NCBI GenBank assembly: GCA_011053095.1
Contig: DRHS01000058.1
Location: 3,826-67,825 of the forward strand
DNA length: 64,000 nt
DNA from: Bacteroides sp.
GTDB taxonomy: Bacteria; Bacteroidota; Bacteroidia; Bacteroidales; SM23-62
Direction of reading: 5' to 3'
Part shown: positions 29,486 through 39,174 of the stretch, in pieces
How the letters are laid out: every line of letters starts with the position of its first letter
Numbering within the stretch: the stretch's first letter is position 1
Notes under the pieces: generated by a model
What the model was told of the DNA's origin: nothing
The model's input: the letters and a program-made list of their open reading frames with translations, nothing else
The model's database searches: none
Position numbers and translations under genes: made by a program

Positions 29486-30790
29486 ATGAAACAAATGTTG
29501 AAACTTATTCTCAATCTAAATAGAGTCGGGTTTTTCACCACATTTATTCTGCTGTTTTTAATAAAGGGGATTTCAGGGCAGGAAAATTTCTATGCTGATA
29601 AGATCTACCGGGAAAGTATTAAGTCGGTACAGTTCCATCGTACCGGATGGGACCTCTCTTATCCAATAATTGAGATGAATACACTCGACCGGCTAAGCCT
29701 GAGCTTTGATGACCTTACCAACCAGATTAAAAACTATTCCTGGACCATAGAGCATTGTGACGCAGACTGGTATCCATCCGGACTGGCAACTGATGAGTAT
29801 ATGTCAGGATTTGCCCAGCAGCCAATACAGGATTATGCACTGTCTTTCAATACCTATGTAAATTATGTGCATTACAAAGTAGCCCTTCCAAATGAGGACG
29901 CCCGGATTCTGTTGTCCGGTAATTATGTAATAAAGGTTTTTGAGGACTATGATGTTGATAACCCGGTCCTGGTAAGGCGGTTTTCCGTATCCGAATCACT
30001 TGCCAGTATTAAAGGCAGAGCATCAAGACCAGTGTCCGACCCTTACCGCGACGACGGGCAACAGGTTAATTTCAGTGTCCTCCTGGGATCTCTGAGCGTA
30101 AATGATCCCTACTCAGAAATAAAGGTAACCATACAACAGAATAACCGCTGGAACATGTCGATCCGGACACTGAAACCTCTTTTTGTCCGTGGAGACGAAC
30201 TTGACTACAACCATACCTCAGAAAATATATTCAAGGCAGGGAACGAATACAGGTACATCGACATCAAAAGTATGAGGTATATGGCTGAGATGGTACAAAA
30301 AATTGACTACCAGCCACCCCGTTATCATGTATTCCTTTATCCGGATGCAACCCGATATAATGCCAGGTACTTTTACCGGGAAGACCTGAACGGGAGATTT
30401 TACATCGAAGTACAGGAAGGAGTCAACCGGGATACGGAGTCTGACTATGTTCATGTGCATTTCTCCTTGCCTATGGATGTACCCTATGTTGACGGGAACC
30501 TCTATGTTTCCGGGGCACTGAACAACTGGGAATTCAATGATATTAACAAGATGAAGTACAATTTCGGGACGAAAACTTACGAACTAAACCTTCTCATGAA
30601 GCAGGGATATTATAATTACGAATATGTATTTATCAGAGATGACTCGAAATTTCCCGATGCAGCCTTCCTCGAAGGGAGTTTTTATGAGGCAGAGAATGAT
30701 TATGTGGTATATGTTTACCTGTCAACCAACACTTCCCGATACGACAGGCTCATCGCCTATCAGATCCTGAATTCCATCCGTCAGAATTGA
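29486..30790 (+). CDS. Secreted protein, possibly DUF5103 / T9SS plug-like, with a C-terminal glycogen-binding-module-like fold
   Basis: Signal-like N-terminus. SIKSVQFHRTGWDLSYPII...LSLSFDDL...TIEHCDADW resembles what I recall of DUF5103. C-terminal LYVSGALNNWEF...YELNLLMKQGYYNYEYVF resembles AMPK-beta/CBM48-type modules. The CDS is solid; the family assignment is tentative. Confidence 0.5.
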   Translation: MKQMLKLILNLNRVGFFTTFILLFLIKGISGQENFYADKIYRESIKSVQFHRTGWDLSYPIIEMNTLDRLSLSFDDLTNQIKNYSWTIEHCDADWYPSGLATDEYMSGFAQQPIQDYALSFNTYVNYVHYKVALPNEDARILLSGNYVIKVFEDYDVDNPVLVRRFSVSESLASIKGRASRPVSDPYRDDGQQVNFSVLLGSLSVNDPYSEIKVTIQQNNRWNMSIRTLKPLFVRGDELDYNHTSENIFKAGNEYRYIDIKSMRYMAEMVQKIDYQPPRYHVFLYPDATRYNARYFYREDLNGRFYIEVQEGVNRDTESDYVHVHFSLPMDVPYVDGNLYVSGALNNWEFNDINKMKYNFGTKTYELNLLMKQGYYNYEYVFIRDDSKFPDAAFLEGSFYEAENDYVVYVYLSTNTSRYDRLIAYQILNSIRQN

Positions 30791-30827
30791 TTTGATGTCC
30801 TGATCAATTTTGCCCGTGACATCTGCA

Positions 30828-31382
30828 TTAAAGGCCTATATCCTCTCCTATCCCTTTCATAGCATCCAGGCTGATTTCTGCAAATTCCTGCAGACTGAGC
30901 CCTAACTTTTCACACTCCAGAATATTCTCCCGGCTAACCGAAGCCGCGAAAGCCTTTTCCTTCATTCGCTTAACAATGGACTTTGGCTTGACAAGGGCAA
31001 TCTTTTTATCTGGGTAAACAAGAGCCGTAGCATATATAAGTCCGGTTATTGTCTCACCGGCAGCCAGTGCGAATTGAAACTCATTACTGCGCGGCTTTCC
31101 AGTTGCCATTTCGTTATGCATCCGGATGGCATCCAGGATATCTTCATCAAGGTTGAATTCAGCAAGCAGCTCTTCCGCCTTCAGGGCATGAGACAAAGGA
31201 TCCGCATCGGTAACCTCCACATCAATATCATGCAGCAAGCCAGCGAGTCCCCATTTCTCCTCATCCCTCCCCAACCTCCTTGCCAGGGCTCGCAAGACTG
31301 CTTCTGAAGAAAGCGAATGATAAATCATTTTCTCGTTTTTTACATATCTGTTCAGGTGCTCCCAGGCTTGATCATGTGTCAT
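30828..31382 (-). CDS. HD-domain phosphohydrolase
   Basis: 184 aa. H...LLHDID metal-binding HD signature plus a downstream H (IRMHN). Confidence 0.75.
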   Translation of the reverse strand: MTHDQAWEHLNRYVKNEKMIYHSLSSEAVLRALARRLGRDEEKWGLAGLLHDIDVEVTDADPLSHALKAEELLAEFNLDEDILDAIRMHNEMATGKPRSNEFQFALAAGETITGLIYATALVYPDKKIALVKPKSIVKRMKEKAFAASVSRENILECEKLGLSLQEFAEISLDAMKGIGEDIGL

Positions 31383-31468
31383 AGTTCATAATTTTTGTAT
31401 CATAAAAATAAATAGATTTTGGAAAAAAGCCTGAAAATGACTCAATTTACAATTCCAAATCACATGGC

Positions 31469-31882
31469 ATGATCTATTTAACAAGAAGAGAAAGATTTAA
31501 TGCAGCCCACAGATTATTCCGGCCGGACTGGACGGATGAAAAGAACAGCCAGGTTTACGGAAAATGCGCAAACCCTAACTGGCACGGACATAATTACATT
31601 CTTCTTGTAACGGTGAAGGGAGAAATTAAACCCGAACTTGGATATGTTGTCGATTTAAAAATACTCAGTAAAATAATACGGGAAAAGATCATTGAGAGGC
31701 TCGACCACAGGAATCTTAACCTCGAAGTTGATTTTTTAAAAGATAAGATCGCCTCAACTGAAAATATCGCAATCTCAATCTGGGAAGAGCTTGAACCGGA
31801 AACACGCAAACTTGAAGTTGAACTTCACAGCATAAAACTTGAGGAGACCGAGAACAATTTTGTAGAATACTTTGGATCTTAA
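31469..31882 (+). CDS. 6-pyruvoyl-tetrahydropterin synthase family protein (COG0720; PTPS/QueD)
   Basis: 137 aa. [20 protein letters not shown] (Cys-x5-HGH), LDHRNLN and TENIAISIW. It is closely colinear with the mammalian PTPS sequence as I remember it. Confidence 0.9.
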   Translation: MIYLTRRERFNAAHRLFRPDWTDEKNSQVYGKCANPNWHGHNYILLVTVKGEIKPELGYVVDLKILSKIIREKIIERLDHRNLNLEVDFLKDKIASTENIAISIWEELEPETRKLEVELHSIKLEETENNFVEYFGS

Positions 31883-31893
31883 GATTATTAATC

Positions 31894-32532
31894 ATGGATA
31901 TAATCAACAACGGACTGGGAACCTCTGGTAATGAAGGATACGACCGGGTCGATAAATTTGATGATAAAAAGACTGAGAAACTTACCCGTATCTACAGGGA
32001 CATAATTGACACTCTGGGTGAGGATGCAGACAGAGAAGGTCTGGAACATACACCTGTGAGGGTTGCAAAGGCAATGCAGTTCCTTACCCAGGGATATGGC
32101 ATCAAGCCCGAAGAAATTGTCAACTCAGCCAAATTCAAGGAAGATTACCAGGAGATGGTAATTGTAAAGGACATCGATCTGTTCTCACTTTGTGAGCATC
32201 ATCTTATCCCATTCCTTGGAAAAGCCCACGTTGCATACATACCCAATGGATATATAACCGGATTAAGTAAAATTGCACGGGTGGTGGAAGCCTTTGCCCG
32301 AAGGTTGCAGGTGCAGGAAAGGCTGACAATGCAAATACGGGATTGCCTTCAGAATACCTTGAACCCGCTGGGTGTTGCAGTTGTTATAGAGGCCAAACAC
32401 CTTTGTATGGTAATGCGCGGTATACAGAAACAAAACTCGGTTACCACAACTTCGGCCTTTACGGGCGAATTCCTTAACAAGGCCAGCACCCGCCAGGAAT
32501 TCATAAGCCTCATCGGCACGAATCTGATATAA
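31894..32532 (+). CDS. folE: GTP cyclohydrolase I (type 1)
   Basis: [52 protein letters not shown] motifs. Confidence 0.95.
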   Translation: MDIINNGLGTSGNEGYDRVDKFDDKKTEKLTRIYRDIIDTLGEDADREGLEHTPVRVAKAMQFLTQGYGIKPEEIVNSAKFKEDYQEMVIVKDIDLFSLCEHHLIPFLGKAHVAYIPNGYITGLSKIARVVEAFARRLQVQERLTMQIRDCLQNTLNPLGVAVVIEAKHLCMVMRGIQKQNSVTTTSAFTGEFLNKASTRQEFISLIGTNLI

Positions 32533-32543
32533 TTGACAGTGAA

Positions 32544-33416
32544 ATGAAAGCATATATTTTCCCCGGACAGGGCGCCCAACATCCCGGAATGGGTAAGGAG
32601 CTTTACGAACAATTTGAAGGTGCCAAAGCCCTTTTTGAAGAGGCCAATGATATCCTCGGATTCAATATAACCAGGCTGATGTTTGACGGCACCGAAGAAG
32701 ACCTACGCCAGACAAAAGTCACTCAACCGGCCATCTTCCTGCAATCAGTCATCCTGGTAAGTATGATTGATGATTTTAGACCTGAAATGGTTGCCGGACA
32801 TTCACTTGGTGAGTTCTCTTCTCTGGTTGCCAATAAGGCTCTCTCCTTTGATAACGGACTCCGTCTTGTTGCACAGCGTGCCCATGCCATGCAAAAAGCA
32901 TGTGAAGCGGAACCCTCCACTATGGCCGCCATAATCGGCATGGAAGACCAGGTAGTTGAAGAAGTATGTGCCGGCATTGAGGATATAGTCGTACCAGCCA
33001 ATTACAACAGTCCCGGTCAGATTGTTATTTCGGGCTCCATCCCCGGAATTGACAGAGCAGTTGAAAAACTTTCTGAAATGGGTGCAAAAAGGGCTATCAA
33101 GCTGAGCGTAGGCGGAGCATTTCATTCCCCGCTTATGGAACCTGCACGACAAGAACTTGAAGCTGCAATTGTATCTACATCCTTCGATATTCCGGTATGT
33201 CCTGTATATCAGAATGTAAATGCAGAACCAACTTCCGATCCGGAAATTATCAGGAAAAACCTTGTCGCACAGCTGACAGCGCCGGTGCGGTGGACCCAGA
33301 CCGTTAAGAATATGTTGCGTGATGGTGCATCCTCATTTACCGAGGCAGGACCCGGGAAGGTTCTTCAGGGACTGATCAAAAAGGTCAACAGGGAAGTGCC
33401 TACTTCCAGCGCTTAA
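32544..33416 (+). CDS. fabD: Malonyl CoA-ACP transacylase
   Basis: FPGQGAQ, TKVTQPAIF, active-site GHSLGEFS and GAFHSPLM motifs. 290 aa. Confidence 0.95.
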   Translation: MKAYIFPGQGAQHPGMGKELYEQFEGAKALFEEANDILGFNITRLMFDGTEEDLRQTKVTQPAIFLQSVILVSMIDDFRPEMVAGHSLGEFSSLVANKALSFDNGLRLVAQRAHAMQKACEAEPSTMAAIIGMEDQVVEEVCAGIEDIVVPANYNSPGQIVISGSIPGIDRAVEKLSEMGAKRAIKLSVGGAFHSPLMEPARQELEAAIVSTSFDIPVCPVYQNVNAEPTSDPEIIRKNLVAQLTAPVRWTQTVKNMLRDGASSFTEAGPGKVLQGLIKKVNREVPTSSA

Positions 33417-34213
33417 AAATCAGAATAATCAGAGGGGTATAACAGATACTTATCAGAACCAGATACTGTATTCTTATACTTCTCAATCGTCTTCATTTTC
33501 GTCCATTCTTCAGAATCTCTGAAAGCATTCCAATGATCCACGTGTGAGGCAGTGTCTGAGTATGTAGTAAGATACATCAGGTTTGGCATGTCAGGCCCGG
33601 AAATAACCTCTCCGAATAATATTGGTTGAAATCCAAGCTTGATAAACAGATCAGCTTCACCTACATTAAACATCTCTACCTTCCTTTCATAATATCTTTC
33701 AGTTGCCCCCTGGTAACTCCTTAATTCATATATCCTTTCAGACGGGGATGTAGAGTACTCAGGCACATGAAATGCCGGCGTTGCACTAAAAGACCGCAGA
33801 AGTATGCTTTCAATCCTCTGATAAGGTGCATTGTCATGGGCTGCTTCAATATACTCCTTACCATCCTTCAGGTACTTTGCATCCTTATCGAGTATCCCGG
33901 GAATCCCGGCAAATTCTCCGGCATCCTTATAGGGAATCAGAACAAAGATTCGCTTACCTGACAGTTCTTCTCCTTCTCTTGGTTTAAATACCCCGACCCC
34001 GGCTATTCCAGCCCGGTGCATTGCAGGGATAAAAGCATTTTTAAGATAGTCATCCATGCGTTTTTCCTGAGATTCGTTCTCAATGGTATAGATTTTAATC
34101 TGATAATAATCCCTCTCTGTTTTTTTACTGAATGCAGTATTTAAAACAAAGCCGACCAACAGAAGGCTGAATATAACTGTTGATGATAATAATTTTACGG
34201 TTCTTTTATTCAT
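33413..34213 (-). CDS. NIPSNAP-domain protein with signal peptide
   Basis: 266 aa. Hydrophobic N-terminus and two half-domains beginning YYQIKIYTI and IYELRSYQG, typical of duplicated NIPSNAP/dimeric alpha-beta-barrel folds. Its 3' end overlaps fabD by 4 nt (convergent). Confidence 0.6.
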   Translation of the reverse strand: MNKRTVKLLSSTVIFSLLLVGFVLNTAFSKKTERDYYQIKIYTIENESQEKRMDDYLKNAFIPAMHRAGIAGVGVFKPREGEELSGKRIFVLIPYKDAGEFAGIPGILDKDAKYLKDGKEYIEAAHDNAPYQRIESILLRSFSATPAFHVPEYSTSPSERIYELRSYQGATERYYERKVEMFNVGEADLFIKLGFQPILFGEVISGPDMPNLMYLTTYSDTASHVDHWNAFRDSEEWTKMKTIEKYKNTVSGSDKYLLYPSDYSDF

Positions 34214-34405
34214 GAGTTTCCTGGTTTGGTGTTAATATACAGCAATTAAATATAAGTATAAAATGAATATGATTGGAGAAGGAAATTATATCGCAAGATC
34301 ATTCTTTTAAGGATCGATCTGCAAATCGTGTCATCCTTTTAGTTATTTTTGCTGTTCTGTAATAGATTATAACCCACAGCAGACTGCTGCTTTAAGATTG
34401 TTTTC

Positions 34406-36832
34406 ATGAAGGTATTAAAATTTGGCGGATCCTCAGTCGGCACACCTGATCGGGTCCTGGGAGTAAAAAAGATTGTTGAGGGTCAAACAGGACCGGGTAT
34501 AATAGTAGTATCTGCATTTCAGGGGATAACCGACCAGCTGGAACAAGTCAGCCAGATGGCCTGTAAGCGTGATGAAGCTTATAAGAAACTGCTTATTGAG
34601 ATAGAAAACAGGCATTATGATGCTGTTAAGGAACTTTTTCCGGTAAACCAGCAAAGCAATATACTCGCAGGCATAAAAGTTTTGATTAATGAATTGGAGG
34701 AAACACTTTATGGGGTATACCTTCTTCAGGATCTGACCCGCAAAACACAGGATGCAATTTCAAGCTTCGGGGAAAGGCTATCTGCCTTTATCATATCGCT
34801 GAAGATAAACAAAGCATACCTGGTTGAGATCAGGGACCTTATTAAGACAGATAATAATTTCGGAAAGGCTAATGTCCTCTTCAACCTGAGCACCCCTCTG
34901 ATAAAGGAACATTTTAAATCTCTTCAGAAATATGCCATTGTACCCGGATTCATCGCCAGCAATGATTCGGGTGAAACCACGACCCTTGGACGGGGAGGCT
35001 CTGATTATACAGCTGCCATCCTCGCAGCAGCCCTGGATGTTAGCGTCCTGGAAATATGGACTGATGTTGATGGTTTCATGACCGCTGATCCACGCAAGGT
35101 AAATAAGGCCTATGCAATTGAGTCGCTCAGCTACGCAGAAGCAATGGAGCTGTCCCATTTTGGAGCCAGGGTATTGTATACACCAACAATACAACCGGTT
35201 CTTGAAAAAAGAATCCGGATACATATTAAAAACACCTTTTCACCCGAAAAGAAGGGTACGCTGATAGGGGGACAGGAAAGGAAACAGAACCAGTCACCTA
35301 TCAAAGGCATCTCCTCTATCGACAAGATTGATCTTATAACATTGCAGGGATCTGGAATGGTGGGGGTAACCGGAACTTCCATGCGGCTTTTCGGTGCGCT
35401 CGCAAAACGGAATATTAATATTATCCTGATTACCCAGGCATCATCTGAATACTCCATCAGTTTTGCAATACACCCAGACAGTATCAGGGATGCTGAACAG
35501 GCTATTCAGGAGGAGTTTATGCATGAGATCGATAATCTGCATTCGATCAGGGTCCTGGTTGAACGGGAACTTTCCATCATAGCCATTGTAGGTGAAAAAA
35601 TGAGGCATACCCCGGGTATATCTGCCAAACTGTTCCAGTCTCTCGGAAGAAACGGGGTTAATGTAATCGGGATAGCGCAGGGTTCCTCAGAATTGAACAT
35701 CTCAGTTGTAATCAGCCATGCATCACTTCGAAAAGCCCTGAATGTGATCCATGAAGGATTTTTTCTTTCCCATTACAAAGAACTACACCTTTTCTTTGCA
35801 GGCGTGGGTACTGTAGGATCAAGCCTTTTGGAACAGGTCAGGGCACAACAGGAAAAGCTGCTTATCAATCACAGGCTTAAAATAAACCTTATTGGTCTGA
35901 CCAACTCGAGAAAAATGCTCATCAATCAGGAAGGGATTGATATAGAGCAATATACCGAGCTATTGAGTGAGGGTCTCAAAGCAAATCTCAGCGATTATAT
36001 AAGGCAAATCTCAGCTCTGAATCTGCGTAACAGTGTATTTATAGATTGCACATCATCGGCAGAAGTGTCGGAAACATATAAAGAATTATTCAATAATTAC
36101 GTTTCGGTTGTGACCGCGAACAAAATAGCTTGTTCTTCGGCTTATGACGCTTACCGGGATCTGAAGAACACGGCACAATCACGGGACGTTAAATTCATAT
36201 ATGAAACCAATGTTGGAGCGGGACTTCCAATTATAAACACAATTAATGATCTGATTCACAGCGGAGACAAGATCATTGAACTGGAAGCTGTTGTCTCAGG
36301 TACCCTAAACTATATTTTCAATACCATTGATAGTGATAATAAACTAAGTGATGTTATCCTACAGGCAAAAGAACTGGGATTTTCTGAGCCGGACCCGCGT
36401 ATTGATCTAAGTGGAATTGATGTGATAAGAAAACTCATTATCCTTTCAAGGGAAGCGGGATACAGGATAGAGGAAAAAGATGTAAAAGTAAGTCCCATTT
36501 TACCCGAAGATTGTTTTAAGGGTAGCCTGGATGATTTCTGGAAGACCGTCAGAAATTACGATGAGGAGTTTGAGAAAAAGCGGCTTGCTCTTGAGAAGCA
36601 GAATAAAAAGTGGAGGTTCGTAGCGCGCCTTAAAAACGGAAAAGCATCCGTACAACTTGCCGCTGTTGGCATGGACCATCCACTATTCCCTCTTGAAGGA
36701 AGCAATAATATCATTATGATCACAACAGAGAGATACCGCGAACATCCAATGATCATCAAGGGTTATGGAGCCGGAGCTGAGGTTACGGCTGCGGGTATGT
36801 TTGCGGATGTTATCCGGATCGCGAACATTTAA
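34406..36832 (+). CDS. thrA: Bifunctional aspartate kinase / homoserine dehydrogenase I
   Basis: 808 aa. KFGGSSV kinase start, GRGGSDYTAA, two ACT regions, and a C-terminal homoserine dehydrogenase (AGVGTVGSSL NAD site, GAGLPII, GYGAGAEVTA). Confidence 0.95.
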   Translation: MKVLKFGGSSVGTPDRVLGVKKIVEGQTGPGIIVVSAFQGITDQLEQVSQMACKRDEAYKKLLIEIENRHYDAVKELFPVNQQSNILAGIKVLINELEETLYGVYLLQDLTRKTQDAISSFGERLSAFIISLKINKAYLVEIRDLIKTDNNFGKANVLFNLSTPLIKEHFKSLQKYAIVPGFIASNDSGETTTLGRGGSDYTAAILAAALDVSVLEIWTDVDGFMTADPRKVNKAYAIESLSYAEAMELSHFGARVLYTPTIQPVLEKRIRIHIKNTFSPEKKGTLIGGQERKQNQSPIKGISSIDKIDLITLQGSGMVGVTGTSMRLFGALAKRNINIILITQASSEYSISFAIHPDSIRDAEQAIQEEFMHEIDNLHSIRVLVERELSIIAIVGEKMRHTPGISAKLFQSLGRNGVNVIGIAQGSSELNISVVISHASLRKALNVIHEGFFLSHYKELHLFFAGVGTVGSSLLEQVRAQQEKLLINHRLKINLIGLTNSRKMLINQEGIDIEQYTELLSEGLKANLSDYIRQISALNLRNSVFIDCTSSAEVSETYKELFNNYVSVVTANKIACSSAYDAYRDLKNTAQSRDVKFIYETNVGAGLPIINTINDLIHSGDKIIELEAVVSGTLNYIFNTIDSDNKLSDVILQAKELGFSEPDPRIDLSGIDVIRKLIILSREAGYRIEEKDVKVSPILPEDCFKGSLDDFWKTVRNYDEEFEKKRLALEKQNKKWRFVARLKNGKASVQLAAVGMDHPLFPLEGSNNIIMITTERYREHPMIIKGYGAGAEVTAAGMFADVIRIANI

Positions 36833-36837
36833 AACAG

Positions 36838-37770
36838 ATGGTGAAAAAAGTAGAGATATTCTGTCCGGCTACTGTGGCCAATGTCGGACCCGGTTTCGAT
36901 ATTCTTGGCTTTGCCCTTGATGCCCCCGGAGATATAATATGTCTTGAAAGGACTACGGAGAAAAAACACATTATTCAGAACGATTCAGAAATAGACCTGC
37001 CACTGAATCCTGAAAAAAATGTTGCCACTGTCGCTCTGGATGCATTCCTCAGCTCCCTGAACAGTAATGAGAAATTCCATCTTACCTTCAAACAAAAGAT
37101 TCCGGCAGGCAGCGGTATTGGATCGAGCGCTGCCAGTTCTGCAGGAGCAGTTTTTGCAGCCAATCTATTGCTGGAGAAGCCTTATACAGAGGCTGATCTG
37201 GTGCCCTTTGCAATGAAAGGCGAGGAAGTTGCCAGTGGATCAGCACATGCTGATAATGTAGCACCTGCTATTCTCGGGGGTTTCGTGCTTGTCAGAAGCT
37301 ATGAGCCACTTGACATTCTTGGGATACCAAGTCCGGATGGACTATACTGCAGCGTTGTTCACCCCGAAATATCCATTGCGACTGCGGATAGCCGTAAGAT
37401 CCTTAAAACAAGCGTACCCCTTAAAACGGCCATAACCCAATGCGGGAACGTGGCGGGACTTGTAACGGGACTTATTACCGGAAATTTCAGGCTTATCCGC
37501 GATTCAATGCATGATGTTATTGCTGAGCCTATCCGCTCCTTCCTCATCCCTGAATACGATCGTGTAAAAAAAGCAGCAATGAATACAGGTGCACTTGGGT
37601 GTAGTATTTCCGGATCAGGACCGTCACTCTTTGCACTAAGCGAGAACAAAGATACTGCTGAACAGATTGGTAAAGCAATGGAATCAGTATATAGTGAAGC
37701 CCGCATCGGCAGCAAAGTATATGTTTCAATGGTTAACATGAAGGGTATGAAAGTCCTGTTGGAAGAATAA
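36838..37770 (+). CDS. thrB: Homoserine kinase
   Basis: GHMP kinase motif PAGSGIGSSAASSAG. N-terminal PATVANVGPGFD. Operon position between thrA and thrC. Confidence 0.9.
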   Translation: MVKKVEIFCPATVANVGPGFDILGFALDAPGDIICLERTTEKKHIIQNDSEIDLPLNPEKNVATVALDAFLSSLNSNEKFHLTFKQKIPAGSGIGSSAASSAGAVFAANLLLEKPYTEADLVPFAMKGEEVASGSAHADNVAPAILGGFVLVRSYEPLDILGIPSPDGLYCSVVHPEISIATADSRKILKTSVPLKTAITQCGNVAGLVTGLITGNFRLIRDSMHDVIAEPIRSFLIPEYDRVKKAAMNTGALGCSISGSGPSLFALSENKDTAEQIGKAMESVYSEARIGSKVYVSMVNMKGMKVLLEE

Positions 37771-37813
37771 TATCAGCCTTCGTCCGAATGAAGGCAGAAC
37801 GGACAGAAACGTA

Positions 37814-39136
37814 ATGAACTACTATAGTACAGGGGATAAAAAGCTGAAACAATCACTGAGAGAGGCGGTGCTCAGGGGACTTGCGCCGGATGGTGGACTC
37901 TATATGCCGGAGAGAATCAAGCTACTTCCCGAAGATCAGATTCTTTCCTTCAGAAAAAAGGATTTCAAAGAGATCTCGGGAGAAATAGCCATAAACCTTT
38001 TTGGAGAGGACCTTTCAGAGGATGAAATTCTCGAGATCACAGATGCCGCTATCAGTTTCGACACTCCCCTGATTGAAGTTGAAAAGGGGGTCTATTCACT
38101 TGAGTTATTCCATGGTCCGACCCTGGCATTCAAGGATGTCGGTGCTCGGTTCATGGCAAGAATGCTGGGGCATTTCACAAAAGGTATGGACCGAAAGATC
38201 AATGTCCTTGTTGCAACATCCGGAGATACAGGATCTGCAGTTGCAAATGGTTTCCGGGAGGTAGATGGAGTAAGGGTATTTATACTCTATCCTTCCGGGG
38301 GTGTAAGCCAACTCCAGGAAAAGCAACTCACAACCCTGGGTGGAAATATCACTGCCCTTGAGATTTCAGGAACATTCGACGATTGCCAGAGAATGGTAAA
38401 ATCAGCCTTTCAGGATAAAAATCTTAATGATAGCTTAATCCTTACATCAGCAAATTCAATCAACCTTGCACGATTCCTTCCACAGTCATTCTATTATTTT
38501 AATGCCTGGGCAAGATTACCACATTCCGTTGCCGGAAGTCAGGCCAAAAACGAATTTTATGTTTCGGTCCCAAGCGGCAATTTCGGCAACCTTACCGCCG
38601 GTCTGATAGCCGGAAGAATGGGATTGCCGGTAAAACATTATATCGTTGCTACCAATGTTAACGATGTTGTTCCCGGGTATATGAAAACCGGTGTGTTTAC
38701 ACCCCGTCCATCCATTCCAACCATAGCCAATGCCATGGACGTCGGGAATCCAAGCAATTTTGACAGGATCCTTGATCTTTATGGTCACTCCCATGAGGCA
38801 ATCTGCGATGCCATGAGTGCATATGCCTATACGGATAATGAACTGAGAGAGACTATGGGGGATGTGTACACAAGAACGGGATACCTCCTTGATCCGCATG
38901 GAGCAGCTGGCTACCGTGCTCTGAATCAGCATTCACCAAAAGATGTTGGTACCCCGGGAGTGTTTTTCGAAACCGCCCATCCCGGAAAATTCAGCCAGAC
39001 GGTAGAAGGAGTTATAAATTCCTCTGTTGAGATTCCAGAGAATCTGCTGGAGGCATCATCTAAGGAAAAAGTCAGTATCCCTCTTTCAACCGGGTTTTCT
39101 GATTTCAAAGAGTTTCTGCTTCAGACAGGGGAATAA
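37814..39136 (+). CDS. thrC: Threonine synthase
   Basis: FHGPTLAFKDVGARF (PLP lysine), TSGDTGSA and SANSIN motifs. 440 aa. Confidence 0.95.
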   Translation: MNYYSTGDKKLKQSLREAVLRGLAPDGGLYMPERIKLLPEDQILSFRKKDFKEISGEIAINLFGEDLSEDEILEITDAAISFDTPLIEVEKGVYSLELFHGPTLAFKDVGARFMARMLGHFTKGMDRKINVLVATSGDTGSAVANGFREVDGVRVFILYPSGGVSQLQEKQLTTLGGNITALEISGTFDDCQRMVKSAFQDKNLNDSLILTSANSINLARFLPQSFYYFNAWARLPHSVAGSQAKNEFYVSVPSGNFGNLTAGLIAGRMGLPVKHYIVATNVNDVVPGYMKTGVFTPRPSIPTIANAMDVGNPSNFDRILDLYGHSHEAICDAMSAYAYTDNELRETMGDVYTRTGYLLDPHGAAGYRALNQHSPKDVGTPGVFFETAHPGKFSQTVEGVINSSVEIPENLLEASSKEKVSIPLSTGFSDFKEFLLQTGE

Positions 39137-39174
39137 CCTGAAATCTACAACAGGATTCTGGTCATTTGGCGAAA

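Noticed and set aside
34214-34405. Possible thr-operon leader peptide or attenuator upstream of thrA, including the small hairpin AGCAG-N4-CTGCT at 34378-34391 and the mini-ORF MNMIGEGNYIARSFF
   Set aside because: The mini-ORF has no Thr/Ile codon run. The hairpin is only 5 bp and sits ~15 nt from the start codon without alternative pairings that I can see. This is insufficient for an attenuator call.
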